A stretch of 64,000 bases of DNA from Vicugna vicugna (Eukaryota). This document shows positions 14,821-28,430 of this stretch, piece after piece. The position numbers and the translations under genes were made by a program. The notes under the pieces are model-generated. The model searched no databases, was not told where the DNA came from, and saw only the letters and a list, made by a program, of their open reading frames with translations. The DNA is taken from NCBI GenBank assembly GCA_013265495.1, contig MU058337.1:3378686-3442685 (forward strand), written 5' to 3'. Numbering within the stretch: position 1 is the first letter of the stretch; every line of letters starts with the position of its first letter.

Positions 14821-15749
14821 AGTAAAAGTCATTCAAAAATCATTTTACTACAAATATAATTTTGAAACGTTATAAAACTGTTGTTTTACAATTATCAAAC
14901 AATAATCATTCAAATTAATTAAAATCATTTTTTATCAAATAGTGGATAAATTAAGTTCTCATAAATGGTTGTATTGTTGTATATGCAAAAAAAAAGTTAT
15001 TTTTCTCAAGACCAGTGGTTTATTTTAATAGCAGTGTCCCCACAGCCATTAAGATGAAGTTTTCAAACTACAATGCTTGTCTCACTTACAATTAGTCATA
15101 TTAGTTTGCTTTAATTTCCTTTTCCAATGTCTGTTTTTAGAAATCAGGGATAAATAATTATTCTCCAAATGAATAAGAACTGAAACAGGAAGTGTTCCAG
15201 AATTAAAACTCTGGACAATGTATTTGGACAGGGGTTACATTTAGAACACAATTATTTTTATCTCAACAGATCAAACAATGGAGATCACATGATATACAGA
15301 TGCATCTTTTTAAAATGAGAATCTTTCACACACCAGGAGAAATCTGCACATATGCAGATATAAAATTTTTATAGGTTTATAATATACACATAGAGATTCA
15401 GTATGGGGTGTTTATGCTTCCTTGCAATGTTTTACGTGGCTTTATGTTCTAACAAACTACAAAAGATGCAGTGTTTCTTGAGCTGATAATCTATCTTTCA
15501 TGTTTCTAATCATTTCTTTTTTCAATCCCTTCTCTTAAGGGATAAAGAATCTGGGCCAGCCTGAAGGAGGGCATACTTTTCTCCCTTACTCACTTTATTT
15601 TGAGGTATCCCTGATTAATAAGATTTATGGATGGGGTTTATTCGGTGGGGCTTCGGGGCTGTTTTATTTTACTGTAGTCATTCTAGCCTTCCCTTGTCTC
15701 TGTTCTTCCTCAGGAATTGAACTTTTTACCTCCCAGAGTCCATATGCTC

Positions 15750-16800
15750 AGTGGACTGCAGAAAATGCCAAACGCTGCCTAATTGTATTTTTACCTCAAA
15801 AGCGGCAACAATTATTTTTATTTCAAACTTTACGGCCGGTGAAAATGCTCAGGAAAGGAAAAAACTGCTCTCTGCCGAGAAGAACCCACTGAATCTCATT
15901 AATAATTTAAGCGAAACGGAAACAGAGAAAAGATACGGGATGTTCCCAAACTTTAATGCACTTTTTTCCCTGTGTTTTTCTAAATTTTATTTTGAAAAAT
16001 CTTCTCTGGCTTGCTGTAAGCCCACAACCAAAGAGATTAGACATTTTGCTAAAGTGCAACATTCTTGCAGCTGACGCTCAAATACATCAGTGATAGTGGA
16101 CTCAAGTTCTACATTTGCTGCGAAGTTTTTACAGTGTTTCAAAAGTAAATGTACTAGTCTCTTGAATCGCTCTGTTCTTCCTTTGCTCACATTTTGTCCT
16201 CTGTTAAGCACCCAACTTTAAGAAAACTAAGGATGAAAATATGCACTGTTCTCTGTAGGAACTTGAGTCGGAGTAAGATGATACAGGTTGGCATGGACTT
16301 GCTAGTTTGATAACAAAAATCTGACCTGTCATCTCTGACCCAAATATTTGTAAATACTGTGCTTCTGGGATTAATTCCATGGCGTGCAAAGAGCAAATCC
16401 AGAGCAAAGAGACCGCAAGCCCGGGAGCCTCTGGTGGAAGTCATTTGACTGCCTTATCAGCCGAGCAACAATTTTACCAGCATCTACCTTCACTTGTCTG
16501 TTTCCAATGCTTTTCACGCAAGGGATGATTTTGAATTTGCTGATTTGCAGCATCCCTGAGTCTTCGGTGTCTTTTCTAAAAGCTATTTCTAAAACCTTTT
16601 AGGGTAACGGGGGCGGGGGAGAATTTCCCCATCTCTCGACATGTGTCCTTATAAAAATAAAATTCCCTCAGGAACTGTCCTGTAGGCTTAATCCTAAATT
16701 AAAGTCGTCGCTGAAATGCTATTACTTAACCCCGAGGCACATGTGATTTCTAAAGAAACATATTCCGCGTTTAATTAACTCTGAAATCCCCTTGTAAATG
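15750..16800. promoter_or_regulatory. Putative conserved non-coding/enhancer block
   Basis: Repeat-free, retains CpGs in AT-rich sequence, dense TAAT/ATTA homeodomain cores (cctaattg, cattaataatttaa, gtttaattaac) and TGTCA motifs; adjoins the CpG island. Conservation is inferred, not measured. Confidence 0.55.
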
Positions 16801-16809
16801 GAGCTGATG

Positions 16810-17240
16810 TGTGTGTGCGCGCCGCGTTCGGGGTTGGGGCGGGGGAAGCGCTGCGAGGCCGGCCTGCCGGGCGGAGGCGGCCGGACCCCGCGCGGGCCGC
16901 GCCGCCTGCACTGGGGGGCGCGGAGGTTCACCCAGAGTGCACAGATTAAGCATTTCAATGGGCCTAAAAATGTCCCGAAGGCATGAATGAGCCTGTCACT
17001 TCGCCTCTGCGGCTCCGGCCCATGATGGGTCCGCTCCGTGCCCCCGTCTCACCCGGCGAGCCGCAGCCCCGGCCGTGTCCCCGTCCTCGGTCCCGCTGAC
17101 GCGCAGGCTGCGGTCGCACCCGCCTGTTTTTATGGAGCAAAGCGCTGTGAAACAGAGCTGATTAGGGCCTGACACATCGCATTAGACCGCGCCGTACACT
17201 TGGCCGGGGACTCTATTGTCTCAGGGGCCAGGCTCTGGCT
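16810..17240. promoter_or_regulatory. CpG island (orphan)
   Basis: Abrupt shift to very high GC and CpG density (gcgcgccgcgttcgggg..ccggaccccgcgcgggccgcgccgcc) with GC boxes; no coding exon found nearby. Confidence 0.85.
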
Positions 17241-17573
17241 TGGCCGGTCTTTCTAACGACCCGAGGAACTTTGTTTCATTTTCATTTAGGGAAGAAAACG
17301 TTTGCAAGAGTGAAAGAGTCATGACTGCAGTCTTACGTATTTTATTTCTAAACATATTGGATGCATTTCTTTTTTTTTTTTTTCCTCTTCCCCTTGCAAC
17401 TTGAAACCCAGGTTCTTGCCAGCCAGACACTAGACAAATCAGCTATCGAAGGTGAAAACTTAACCATTGAAGGAATGGTGTTTTATAGTATTATTGTGTG
17501 AGAAATAGCAAGTCAAATATAAAATATGCTATAAAGTATATAATAAAATATGTGTTAAATGTCCCGAAATTGT

Positions 17574-17927
17574 TTTTCCTTTCTTTTTTTTTTTATTGAA
17601 ATATGGTCGGTTTACAATGTTGTGTTAATTTCTGGTGTACAGTGCAGTGATTCAGTCATATCATAATATTACAAGATATTGAATAAGTTCCCTGTGCTAG
17701 ACAGTAGGACCTTGCTGTTTATCTATTTTATATATAGTAGTGTGTATTTGCAAATCCCAAACTCATGATTTATCCCTTCACCTCCCCCTTTTTCCCCTTT
17801 GGTAACTTTAAGTTTGTTTTCTATGTCTGTGAATCTGTTTCTGTTTTGTACATAAGTTCATTTGTGTCATCTTTTTTTAGATTCCACGTATAAGTGGTAT
17901 CATGTGGTATTTTTCTTTCTCTTTCTG
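17574..17927 (-). mobile_element. 5'-truncated L1 3' end (artiodactyl/camelid type)
   Basis: Poly-T head, then tttacaatgttgtgttaatttctggtgtacag..ttccctgtgc..tagattccacgtataagtggtatcatgtggtatttttctttctct. Confidence 0.85.
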
Positions 17928-20900
17928 TGAAGGTTTTTTTTGTTTGTTTGTTTGTTTTTTGTTTTCTTCAAGAAAACCACCTCTAAAAATATAACTAAGA
18001 CTATCCTTTAGTATCTGGCACAGCAATATTACCTAGTTTGAAAACTATCCTTAAAAACTACTAATCATCTTATAAGAGGATGGTTGTTATCGTATTAGAG
18101 TAGTGAAATTTCTTACGCTTGTATGTGTTTCCTGGATTCTGTCATGTGTGTATGTACATTTGCCCACCCAGACAAGTCTAGGGTATCTATCAGTAGTTTA
18201 CTCAAAGTTTCTGAGCAAATATTCCCCCCAAAGATGCTTACCTTTAAATATATCATTATTGCTTTTTATGCAAATACATTATACTTTCTTTTTCTGACTC
18301 TATAGAGAATTTTGAAAGGTTACTCTCCTGTTTTTATCTGGCAAGCTAATAATACTTTGTGGTAGTCTTATTTGCTTGAGGTAGAAATTCACCTTAGGAA
18401 GAGAGCAATGTAAAGACCACTACTTAAGAGAAAGTAATGGATTTTTAACTCATCAATTAGTTGCATGCAGCATCTTTTTTCACATCTCAATTCAACAAAC
18501 TGAGCTTTAGATTATAGAGGCGAGTTGGATTTGATATGTAGGATCAAGTCTTATGTAAGCATAGTTCCCTGGGCCTGACCCCCTCCTTGAGAACACGTCT
18601 GCTAAACCCTCTGTTGCCTGTGTGGCCAGCCAGCCGCTAGTCTGTGTTGTTCCCACCAGATGGACCCTCTGCTCGGAGTCCTGTCTGCCGCCTTCCTAGG
18701 GCAGGTGATAGAAATATCTGATCTCAGACGTTTTTCAGATATTTGAGTGATGTGATAATGCCAAACAGAATGTAATATACAAAAACAATTGTTCGTGAAA
18801 TTGTCATTTTTCCTTGACATCTTCTCCTCTAGCTTCTCAAGTTCAGGCAGCTCACAGGGAGGTTGGGATTGTTCCAGATTTCTAAAACTTGAAAACGAGA
18901 TGAACAAAATCTGTTTTATTTTTAATATTTACAGATTCTTACAACTGAAATCCTCAGCCTGGCCTAGTCTGATGGTCGCTGTGAAATGTCAACGTGTTAG
19001 AACAACTTAACCTCAAAAACCAGATTGATCCTTTTACTGCGTGTGTGTCACGGACCACATGTGAGTGTGGGTTGGTTTGGGGTTTTCCTCCTCTGATTAT
19101 GTCTGACACTACAGGAAAGAAATGATGTTTTTTCTGAGCACTTCTAGACATGGTCGGAGCACTCAGGACCACCTACAATCTTTATATGGTGTGGAAAGTT
19201 AGGAAGAAACAGATTCTCATAACTTGTTATGATCTCATGACTCTTGCTGTTAGATTTATAATAGAACACTATGGGTGGAGGAGACCCGCAGGGGCTCCCA
19301 GAGGGTAGGGTTTGAGTAACCTGTTTTCTGAGTTGGGGTTCAGAGGATTCCAGGGATCAGAGGCTCCAGCTGACTTCGTGACCCATCGCTGTGAAGACTG
19401 CATCAGCTGGTCCCATCTGATTCTGCTATCAGGAAAAGCAAGAGGGCCTTTCTGGAATCTCCATTTGCATCTGAACTTGTTTCTTGATACATTTAAAGAT
19501 TCCTTCACACATGACCATACACACGCACGCCTACTCACACATACACATCCCAGATCTGCAATTCCACCAGTGGTAGCAGCAGATGATTATGAAACACGGT
19601 TACAATTGGGAAGTGCATTTTGGTTAACTCTGAAATTACATAGAACTGTTATTTTAAATTAAATCTTGAAATAATTTACCTAAGGTCATTTTCACTCAAT
19701 ATGTCACTAAAATCGATGATCTCTTCCCAACATATTCCAGTTAAACAAAATATATGGCACTAAAGTACTTTATGGAGGAAATTGTCTTGAATTCATGGAT
19801 GAGATGGTCTTTTCAAGGACACATCCAACTATCAAAAAAAATGGAAGAATACTGTCTTTGAAGCTAAGCAGAATGATAATAACTAAATCTTACCAAATAA
19901 AAAATGTGTCAGGTACAAAACCATTTACTGCTTGTATCTATTTAGGTTTTATGATATAATTCTTTATGCACTTAGATGATATTTGGGATATTAAAAAAGT
20001 AATTCTTAACTTCAGAAGTTCTACACATGGATATAATTCTCTTAAAATAATAACTCTCCTGCAAAGCCTACCAAATATTACATACTTGCTACATGCAAAC
20101 AGATCTAACAATAATTATAGGTATTTTTGCTTCCATACTTTTATATTTCCATTATTGGAAATCACAGTTTAGCTGAACAGTTTAACACTTAACAACCCCT
20201 CAAGTGAAATTCATTCTATTTTATTAAAAGAAAACTACACTATCATAATTTAAGGTAAATTAGTGATATATTAGCTGGAATTCTTAATATTAGATATATT
20301 TAAACATACAGTATACAAACGGTAAGTGATGAAATAAAGGTAGTAAAATATAGAAATGCCATTACAAATGATTAAAGTTGCAATATGACAGTATTTCTCT
20401 CTAGCTTAATATGTAAATGATTCAATGATTCAAATTTTTTGTCTCAGAATTTAAAGGTCTTTTGTATGTACATCTTGCATTTAAGGTATACATCTTTTTA
20501 TTTGGGTTTTTCTAGACTGGCAAGTGTTTGCACTATTACTTAATAATACTTTACTTTAACACTGCCTTATGATTTCCCATCAGAATGACAGATATTGAAG
20601 CTAATGTGGTTTGAAATAGACAATTCATATGAGGGGAAGTAAGAGTTGCTAACTCATTTTTTTAAAATAGTAACTTGTTAACATAAAATTAAAAATATAA
20701 AATTTACCATATTTTAAGTCAAGTTTTGTTGATGCAAAAATACTAATTTTTTTTCCAAATTCTCTCACACTCTCAATGGAATTCTATTCAGACTTACATC
20801 AAGATTTTAATTTATTTTACTTTTTTTTTTGTCAGGGATGTGAATAACAAAAGAAAACCTGGAAAAGTTCATACAGAAGAGCTACAGTGTAAGAGTTCCA

Positions 20901-21059
20901 TGTGTGTCTATTCAGGGCAAGATCAGTGAGCGTATTGATACCTATACAGTTACTGTAAACAACAGTGTGATAATGACTTTAGACATTCAATTGAGAAATC
21001 AGTCCAATTATTTATGAACATTGAAACATGACAAACATATTATTTTAAATTATTCTGAC

Positions 21060-22010
21060 AATGATGGGTTACTCAGTAAATATTCTTGGTTGGTTGGCAA
21101 ACACTTTAGGGCAGGTACCATGTTCCAGATCCTTCTGACCATCGGGTGCATGGTGCCGAGAGAGACTGACAGTGCGTGCTCAGTTCGGTGGCAATTTACT
21201 AGGAACTCTATACCACACAAACAAATAACTACTGGAGATAATTCCAGCCTTTGACAAGTGCAAGGGATAAGATAAAATCGGTAATTTGGTCAAGGGTTCT
21301 GAGAGGTGGGTGTGTGCAGAATGTTTAGGGATTATGATCAGGTCAGACATCTTTGAGGAGCTGGTCCTTGACTTCAGAATTATGCACAATTTTAGAAGAA
21401 AATAATTCTGGGAAAGGAGTAGCATTCATAGAATGCTGTAATAGGAAAGACCTTGGTGATCTGGTAAAACCAACATAAAGCTACTTGGGTTGGAGTGTCG
21501 TGAAAAGGAAGCATGGGCGGGGGTGGGGGGTCACCGAGAGTGAGCAGCCCTCACACCATGCAAGATCTTTTAGGTCTTTATACAAAGCTGGGATTTTATT
21601 TTAAGAATCACGGGAAACAAGTGGGGGTGGTAGATAGAAGACTGGTGATTTATATTCCGGGGCAATCATTCTGGTTGTTCTCTAGAACATGCACCAAAAG
21701 GAGATAGCGTGGAGGTGGGAACCAGTCAGCAGCTGCGGCTACTCCCTGGTGGGGTGATGCTGAGAGGGACTGAGGCTGTGGCCATGGAAGCACCTATGGT
21801 TCGAGGTGTTTTAAACATAGAGGTGACAGGACTAGGTGAGGAGGGAGTGGGTGTTGGGTATGAGAGAAAGAGATGAAGAATTTCTCACAAATGATTGAGA
21901 GAATGGCCCTAGCATTAACTGAAAGGGCGAATGCTTGGGGGGCAGAGTTGGAAGAAATGAGTAGAAGGAGAATCATTACCTCTGTCTTGTCCAAACTGAG
22001 CGCAGGTCCT
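21060..22010 (-). mobile_element. L2 LINE fragment
   Basis: Purine-rich antisense L2 motifs (ggattttattttaagaatcacgggaaac; caatcattctggttgttc; aggtgttttaaacatagaggtgacaggactaggtga). Confidence 0.65.
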
Positions 22011-22124
22011 ACTGCAGGCAGCAGGTAGGAGGTGGGCTAGAGGGATCTGACGGCCATGGAATGGGCTCTGCCAGTCTCATTATTTGAAAGTCATTGTAGG
22101 ATGCTGTTTGCCGTCTTGGGACCA

Positions 22125-22208
22125 TATGTTTGTGTATGTATGACTGAAACATTATGCTGTACTCCAGAAATTGACATAATGTAACTGACTGTATCAATTT
22201 AAAAAAAT
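22125..22208 (+). mobile_element. Very short L1 3' terminus
   Basis: tatgtatgactgaaacattatgctgtactccagaaattgaca..aactgactgtatcaatttaaaaaaa; near-identical to the end of 32105-32360. Confidence 0.75.
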
Positions 22209-22400
22209 ATGGTGGTTCTTCTTTGATTATTTACTTGACAGAGGCTAGTTCAGGTATATATTAATTCCTGGAAGGAAACACGGCACTTCATTTATTAAGA
22301 AAGAATGCAGGAAGATCTTTGGAGTTAATGGATCCTAAAAAGACTTGGAGAAGTCTGCCAGATATTGTTGTTTAAAATATAATGAAAATAAGTTAGATTG

Positions 22401-22610
22401 ATAATAATAGCTGAAATGTGTTCATCAGTTACCACATGGAACTATGTTAAATATTTCACGTGTATCATTTCATTTAATTTCCACACCAACCTGAGGGGCT
22501 AAAGTCTATTCTCAGTTTCCCTTTCCTTAGGAAATGCTAGAGTTGAATGAGATTAAGAAACCTGCTTGCACCTAAAGTTTGGAAGCAGGATGCAAATCGA
22601 GGTTCAGTTA
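22401..22610 (-). mobile_element. MIR SINE
   Basis: Antisense MIR core (tcatttcatttaatttccacaccaacctgag..tgagattaagaaacctgc). Confidence 0.6.
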
Positions 22611-22744
22611 ATTCAACTGCTAGTGCTTCCTACAGGCTGACTGGATGTTTCATTAAAAAATAAATAAAAACTTAAAAGCTTCATGGGCAAGAAAGTTTGG
22701 AAAATCATGTTTTGTGTGAGATACTTCTTTTGAAGAGTCAATCT

Positions 22745-22843
22745 ATGTATATACATGCATGACTGGGACATTGTGCTGTACACCAGAAATTGACACACTG
22801 CAACTGACTATACTTCAATTGAAAAAAAATCATCATAAAAAAA
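22745..22843 (+). mobile_element. Very short L1 3' terminus with target-site duplication
   Basis: atgactgggacattgtgctgtacaccagaaattgacacactgcaactgactatacttcaattgaaaaaaaa, flanked by aagagtcaaatctat / aagaatcaatctat. Confidence 0.8.
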
Positions 22844-24669
22844 GAATCAATCTATATTGGTGCATTAATACATCCAGAAAGCAAAAATAATAGAGTGCCT
22901 ATTTAAAGAAAGAAAAACATTTCACACTTACTTGTCCTTTTGTATTTAACTTTTAATTTTGAGTACACTAAGTCAAATCAGTGAAGAATAGATGGCTTAA
23001 AATGCTGGGGTTTAAAATGTAAACACTTGACGAGAAGAAATGCTGAATGGGGACAGATGTCTGATAGACACATAAGACCCGCAAATTATGGTGCAGATGT
23101 GTACGTGTATGTGTGTATTTTTATGCAAGGAAAACGGTAATTCTAAGCCTGTTGTTCATAGAAAAGTAGTAGGTTATACACAGTTCTTAAGTCTACTCTT
23201 TTGGTTGGGTAACTGGAACAAATTCGTGAACAGGAGTAAAACTGCTTTCCAGTCTAAAGCTTAATTATACTGCATTTTACACTAGCATAGAAATTGAGCA
23301 CAGAAATATTTCTCATCCGTTGTTAGATGCCAGACTAACAACATCTGAAAGAATCTAATGCAATGCTAAACATCACTTTCCCCATGGAATCAGAGAAATT
23401 CAGGAAACAAAGTTGGCATAGTCATAAGGCGTTGTACCGCCCTACAATCACCACTGTAAATGGAGGGTCTGTATCTTTGAGTCAAAGGGAACAGCAGCAA
23501 AATTGAATGTCAAAACAAAATTTGGAATAAAATGTAAAAAAGTTTAAAATATCACAAATAACATGTTTTTGTTTAATACAGCATCAGTGATAGACAATTT
23601 TAAAAATATGTCACCTCCCATGGCCTCATGCATACATCATATCTGGCATGCTATTTTGGCTTGCAGCGTATTTGATCTAATTTTCCCCTTCTTGTTTCAT
23701 GTAGGGACCAAATGCACTTAATTGTTTATAGACCACACACCACAATGATGATGGGAATTTGCAGTCTGTGCTCTGTGGCTCCTTTTAATTGACATTCTAA
23801 CAACTGTTGGAAAAAACTTTTTAAAAAATCAGCTAAAACTGATTATTCTGAAAACTGATTATTCTGAGTCATATAAATAATTTTTAAAACCCTCACTTTA
23901 TTAATCTTATTAAAATTAAACCTTTCTATCAAACTCAAGTCAGGAAATCAACATATGTAACAAAGCACATTAGCCAAACATGACTTTATTACATGTTCAT
24001 TTATTAGAAGAGAAGTGTATAGCAGAAGGAAGGTGTTGGCTTTTACTGAGCACCGGCTGCATTGAAATTAAACAGCTCAACAGAAACTCTCACTGGGTTT
24101 CATTGACTTCATGAATTTCACAAAAGTTGCTGGAGGATTGCTAACTATAGATTGAGAAAAAGAAGTTTTGTTTCAGCAACAGAGGGTTAAAATTATCAAG
24201 GTTTCACCATTGTGGGTCCCCATGATTTTAGGAGGGGTCTGCCTATGAGCAAAGACATGGGTGTGAAAGACCACTAATAAATGATCGATTAATTAGCTGG
24301 TGGTCTACAGAGAGGAAACCAAAAGCCAGAAGAGGAGCAAGTAGTGGTAGGCTAGGCTGAGTGACAAACTCTTTCAATAAGTGGATCAGGCTGGAAGTTC
24401 AAGGGGAGTGGGGGAGGCAAGGAAAGGCATGTATGTTGCAGAACAACCTCCCATTTGAAAGACACTGGACTTTTAAGTTTATTATCCCATGTCCTCCCAT
24501 GAACTCTATGAAGTATTAATAGTCAGTTTTATAGGAGAAGTTCCTTGAAGCTGAGAGCATTTATATAGGTTATCCAAGGTTCCCCTGCCAGTAAATAGTG
24601 AAACCAGAGTCCAAAATCCAAACAAACTCACTAAATAATCCATGGTGTGTCAACTAAATTCTTGCTACA

Positions 24670-24817
24670 CAGAGTGATCTGAGTCTTGGGACCGTGTCTT
24701 CATGTGGGAGCTTGCTGGAAATGAAAAGTTCATACCCCACCAGCACCACAGAAGCAGAATCTGCATTTTAACAAGGTCTCCAGGTGATTCTCATCTACAT
24801 CAGTTTGAAAAGTACTA
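24670..24817. mobile_element. MER5A (hAT-Charlie non-autonomous element)
   Basis: gggagcttgctggaaatg..cagaatctgcattttaacaaggtctccaggtgattctcat..agtttgaaaagtact matches the recalled MER5A consensus. Confidence 0.75.
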
Positions 24818-25539
24818 AACTAAAACCCTCTCAGGAAGGGACACCAGAGGATGAGTGGAACCAATGACAGGGACTGCGGACATGGAATGAGGAAGGAAGT
24901 GTGAGCATGTGAGGGTTAACCCCTCCAAGGAGAGCACCTGCTGGGGTCTCTGATGGGAAGGCTGGCTACCTACTACGCCAGGCAGAGTGGGAGGATTAAA
25001 CGGCCCAGACATGGCCAGACTGTGGCCAAATTAGGAATCAAAGACCCCATATCAAAACGTTCACTGAAATAACTTCAAGAATTATGTGCTCCCAGCCCCT
25101 CACTTTCCACTTTAGGTGCTGACTTGGGCAAGGCTGGTGGGTTGAAACCAGAACTGATTCTCCTGTTTGTCAGCCCCAAATCAGACCTTCAGAAAAGCAT
25201 TAGCTCCCGCCAAATGAAACCACACATCCTGGGTTGTTCAGAATAACTCTGATTCCAGATACTGGATAATTATTAGACCAGACATATCAATATAATGAAA
25301 TACCTGGGTATATAAAGCTTACGTTTTGAAAGTGCTGGCTTGCTAGAAATTTTGATAAGTCCAGGCAGAATGCTCTAATATCTAGCATTATGATGTTACA
25401 TATAAATTCAATAGGACAAAGCCAAAATCTACTGGTTTTTAGTCCATGGTTTACATGAGTTGTTAAATTGATGGCACTTTTCCACATTTGTTAATTGTGT
25501 TGAATTTAAGCTTGCTTAAATTATTGCTAAATTTCAGTT

Positions 25540-26170
25540 ATTCATTTATTTAATGTTTACTGGGTGTTTAAGAGATAGATAGTATTTTCTAGATAGATAA
25601 TATTTTCATCATTAGGGTTAAAAATGTCCCTGATTTGGCTCAGAAGACAGAAGCATGCAAGTAAAGTGTACCAAGGAGCATCGTTAGCTGTGCTTTAGAA
25701 GCACAGACGATTCAACGGACGCAAAAAGAAAGGCTCAATCCGACTTGGGCGGAGGCTGAAGCCTGCAAACAAGATACGAAGCTTGAGATGAATAGTGTTG
25801 GTGGTTACTATGTGAAAAAGCTGTTTGGGATGAACCCCAGGGGAATACAGCACAGTAAGCAAAGGGATGGGAAAAAAGACAGGACACCTTTGGGAAAAAA
25901 ATACAAGCAGTTTGGATGACTCCCGTGTGAGCTGTGAAATGGATTCTGTTGAGAAATCAGCCTGTGTTTGGTCGAGTCTGACGTACACAAGGTGGGACTT
26001 TACTCTTTAGATGATGGAGAAGCCCCTGAGGGAGAGAATAAAGTGACCATCTGGCCATTTCGGAAGCTCATTCTCATGCTGGTGTTTGAGGGACAGATTA
26101 GACTAGGGGAAACTGTTAAGAGAGGAGAGACAGTGAGAACTGGAATTAAGAAAGCATTATGGTGAGTCGA
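25540..26170 (-). mobile_element. L2 LINE 3' fragment
   Basis: ttcatttatttaatgtttactgggtgtt head followed by purine-rich antisense L2 body. Confidence 0.55.
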
Positions 26171-27714
26171 TGTTTTTTGCATCAAGTATCAAGTAACCTG
26201 AAATTAGTGTGTGTGTTTAGGTATTGGGAAAAAATTTAAAACAGGCATTAATATTTCAACTTGGGGGAAAAAAGCTTTAGAAAAAACTTTAGTAAAATAC
26301 TTGAATGGGAAGTAAGACCTTCAGGGCATGAATCAGAAAAAGGGAAATGGCTGCTTTACTTTGGAAATGGTCAGAAAATCATGGCGAGGCAGCGCAAAGA
26401 GAAGAGAGGCGAACTGGGTGAAATGAGTAAAGGAGCTGAAACGCAGAAGACAGGATGGTCCCATTTTCAGGATCATGGGTGTCTATTGTTAAGCCTGCTT
26501 TACCTACAAAGGCTGATGTGAAAATATTACTAAGTCAAGTATCTCTGTGCCCAATACTTGTATGTTTACTAAATTTAGGAGGAGCTAAATTTGATTTCTG
26601 GGCCTGTGTGACAAGAAAATAGAGAGATTAAGTAGTCGATAGCAAAGAGGAGGTTATCCTCAGGGTATGAATGGGAACACCAGTCTATTGTGGAAATCAA
26701 CTCAGCTGTAAGTTAGCGGATCAGCAGAAATAAGAAACTAGATGTGTCAGAGACTCGGGAAGGGTAACATTCAAAATTTGTAAGACCCTCCGTGGCACGT
26801 GCTCCAACCTCTGAGAAAAGATGTATGTATCTTTAAACTACCAATATGTCCATGAGGGGTTATTATCTGAATGCAAGTCTTGCTGAAAGTATTGGTAAAT
26901 GTTTGCTTAGTTTGGAGTTCAGCTAAATAGGGCAAAGGAATCACAAATGGTAAGAATTACTTTCAGATTGCTCCCTTAGGGAGTCCTTTGTATTCAAGAA
27001 CTCTGGATTTACATAGTGACAAAGGGAGGACTCACACGGAGCCGGTTAAGTGTGGAGTCTTTCTGTTTGGGCTTGTGTTTCCAACCAAAGAGCTCACATC
27101 GTTAGTGTCCGAGACCCAGTATTTCCAGGGCCTGGATCTAGAATTCCTAGCTGAGCCATCTAGCTTAGGGTTTCCAAGTTAATATAAGGGCTTTTTGTAG
27201 GGCTAAGGGCCTTTGTAAAAACCAAAAATCAAAGGAAAGAAAATATATTTAAAAACATGACCACCAAGCTTCCAGCCACTCTGAAGCAGCCGCTGTTGAT
27301 TTTGCAACAATCTTTCCACATACCTCTTGCAAGAACATGGAAACATGTCATGGGAGTGTTTTCAGTGCAGACACAGTTCAAAGGTTTTGATTTGTTGTGT
27401 TTGATTGATTTTATTTTTATTTACCTTTTTGCCCCTCATCCACTCCTTACACTAAAACCCAAGGCCCTACAAGCAATGGCAAGAACCAGGTTGATCTCCT
27501 TCCTAAAAAGTTTTGTATTGAAAATTTCAAACTATTTTTTGTATAGGTTAGTTTTTCAGGCCGAACAATTTTTGTCTTTATCACATAGACATAACAAAAT
27601 AGAATGAAAATAACCTGGGCAGACTAATAACATTTGGTTGTACTGTCTGATGATCTGTTCAAGTGGTTGGAGTGACAGTCTGCTGGAGTTTTTCTGCAGG
27701 CTGGCCCCAGAGAT

Positions 27715-27930
27715 AAACTGCTTGCAACTGCATCCTGCTGATTCTTTTTTTCTGGCGGTGCGGAGCTGGGCAGTTACTCAACCTCTCTGTGTTTCAGCAT
27801 CATCTATCAATAAGGGTAAAAATAAAAGCTTATGGAGTGCTCTGGGAATGAAACTGGTGAATACATGTAAAGCAATCTGAATTATGCTTGGCAAAAAGTA
27901 TCAAAACCTTCTCTTTTTGTTCATTGCAAT
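27715..27930 (+). mobile_element. MIR SINE
   Basis: gggcagttactcaacctctctgtgtttcagcatcatctatcaataaggg..aatacatgtaaagca. Confidence 0.7.
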
Positions 27931-28199
27931 TGTTATATTTACCAGTGCTATTACTATTCCATTCCTCACTCTAGAACAATGCGTGACTCCCACTTGACCT
28001 TGTCTACGTCAGTTGCCCATGGATCTCGTTTATGACGTACCACCTACACTCAGGTGGTGGGGTGAGGAGGGCGTGTTACCTTTGTCCATCAACATGTTTT
28101 GGAATAGTTGTGGCCCCATGAGATGACGTCTCAGGTCAGAGTTCCGTTTCCTAAGACAGCACCTGTCTCGGTTATAGGCATTTTGCACAGTGTCTCCCT

Positions 28200-28430
28200 T
28201 GACCATAACTCCTCTCGAGGTCACCCCGAAGGGCGGCGTGGAGGGGCACCTGCGAGCTTTATGAGGGCTGCAAACCTGCCTCCCCGCCCCGCGCCCGACA
28301 GCGGGGATGACTCGGAGGGAAGAAAGCCGGCCCACTGCAGAGCCCCACTGCAAAAATCACTCCGACGTTAATAAAACCAACAAAGAAAGTCAGGGAAGAT
28401 TTAGCAGCAGGAACGCCACGGGGGACATGA
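28200..28430. promoter_or_regulatory. Small CpG-rich patch
   Basis: Local CpG cluster with GC boxes (ccccgccccgcgcccgacagcgggg). Confidence 0.45.

Noticed and set aside
16907..16921. CTCF-like motif gcactggggggcgc (similar ones near 35430 and 49725)
   Set aside because: Mismatches at core positions; expected by chance in GC-rich DNA.
16722..16986. R/P/G/A-rich ORFs on both strands
   Set aside because: By-product of CpG-island base composition; no domain or exon structure.
23835..23866. Perfect 16-bp tandem duplication aaaactgattattctg x2
   Set aside because: Ordinary slippage duplication; two copies, no spacers, not CRISPR-like.
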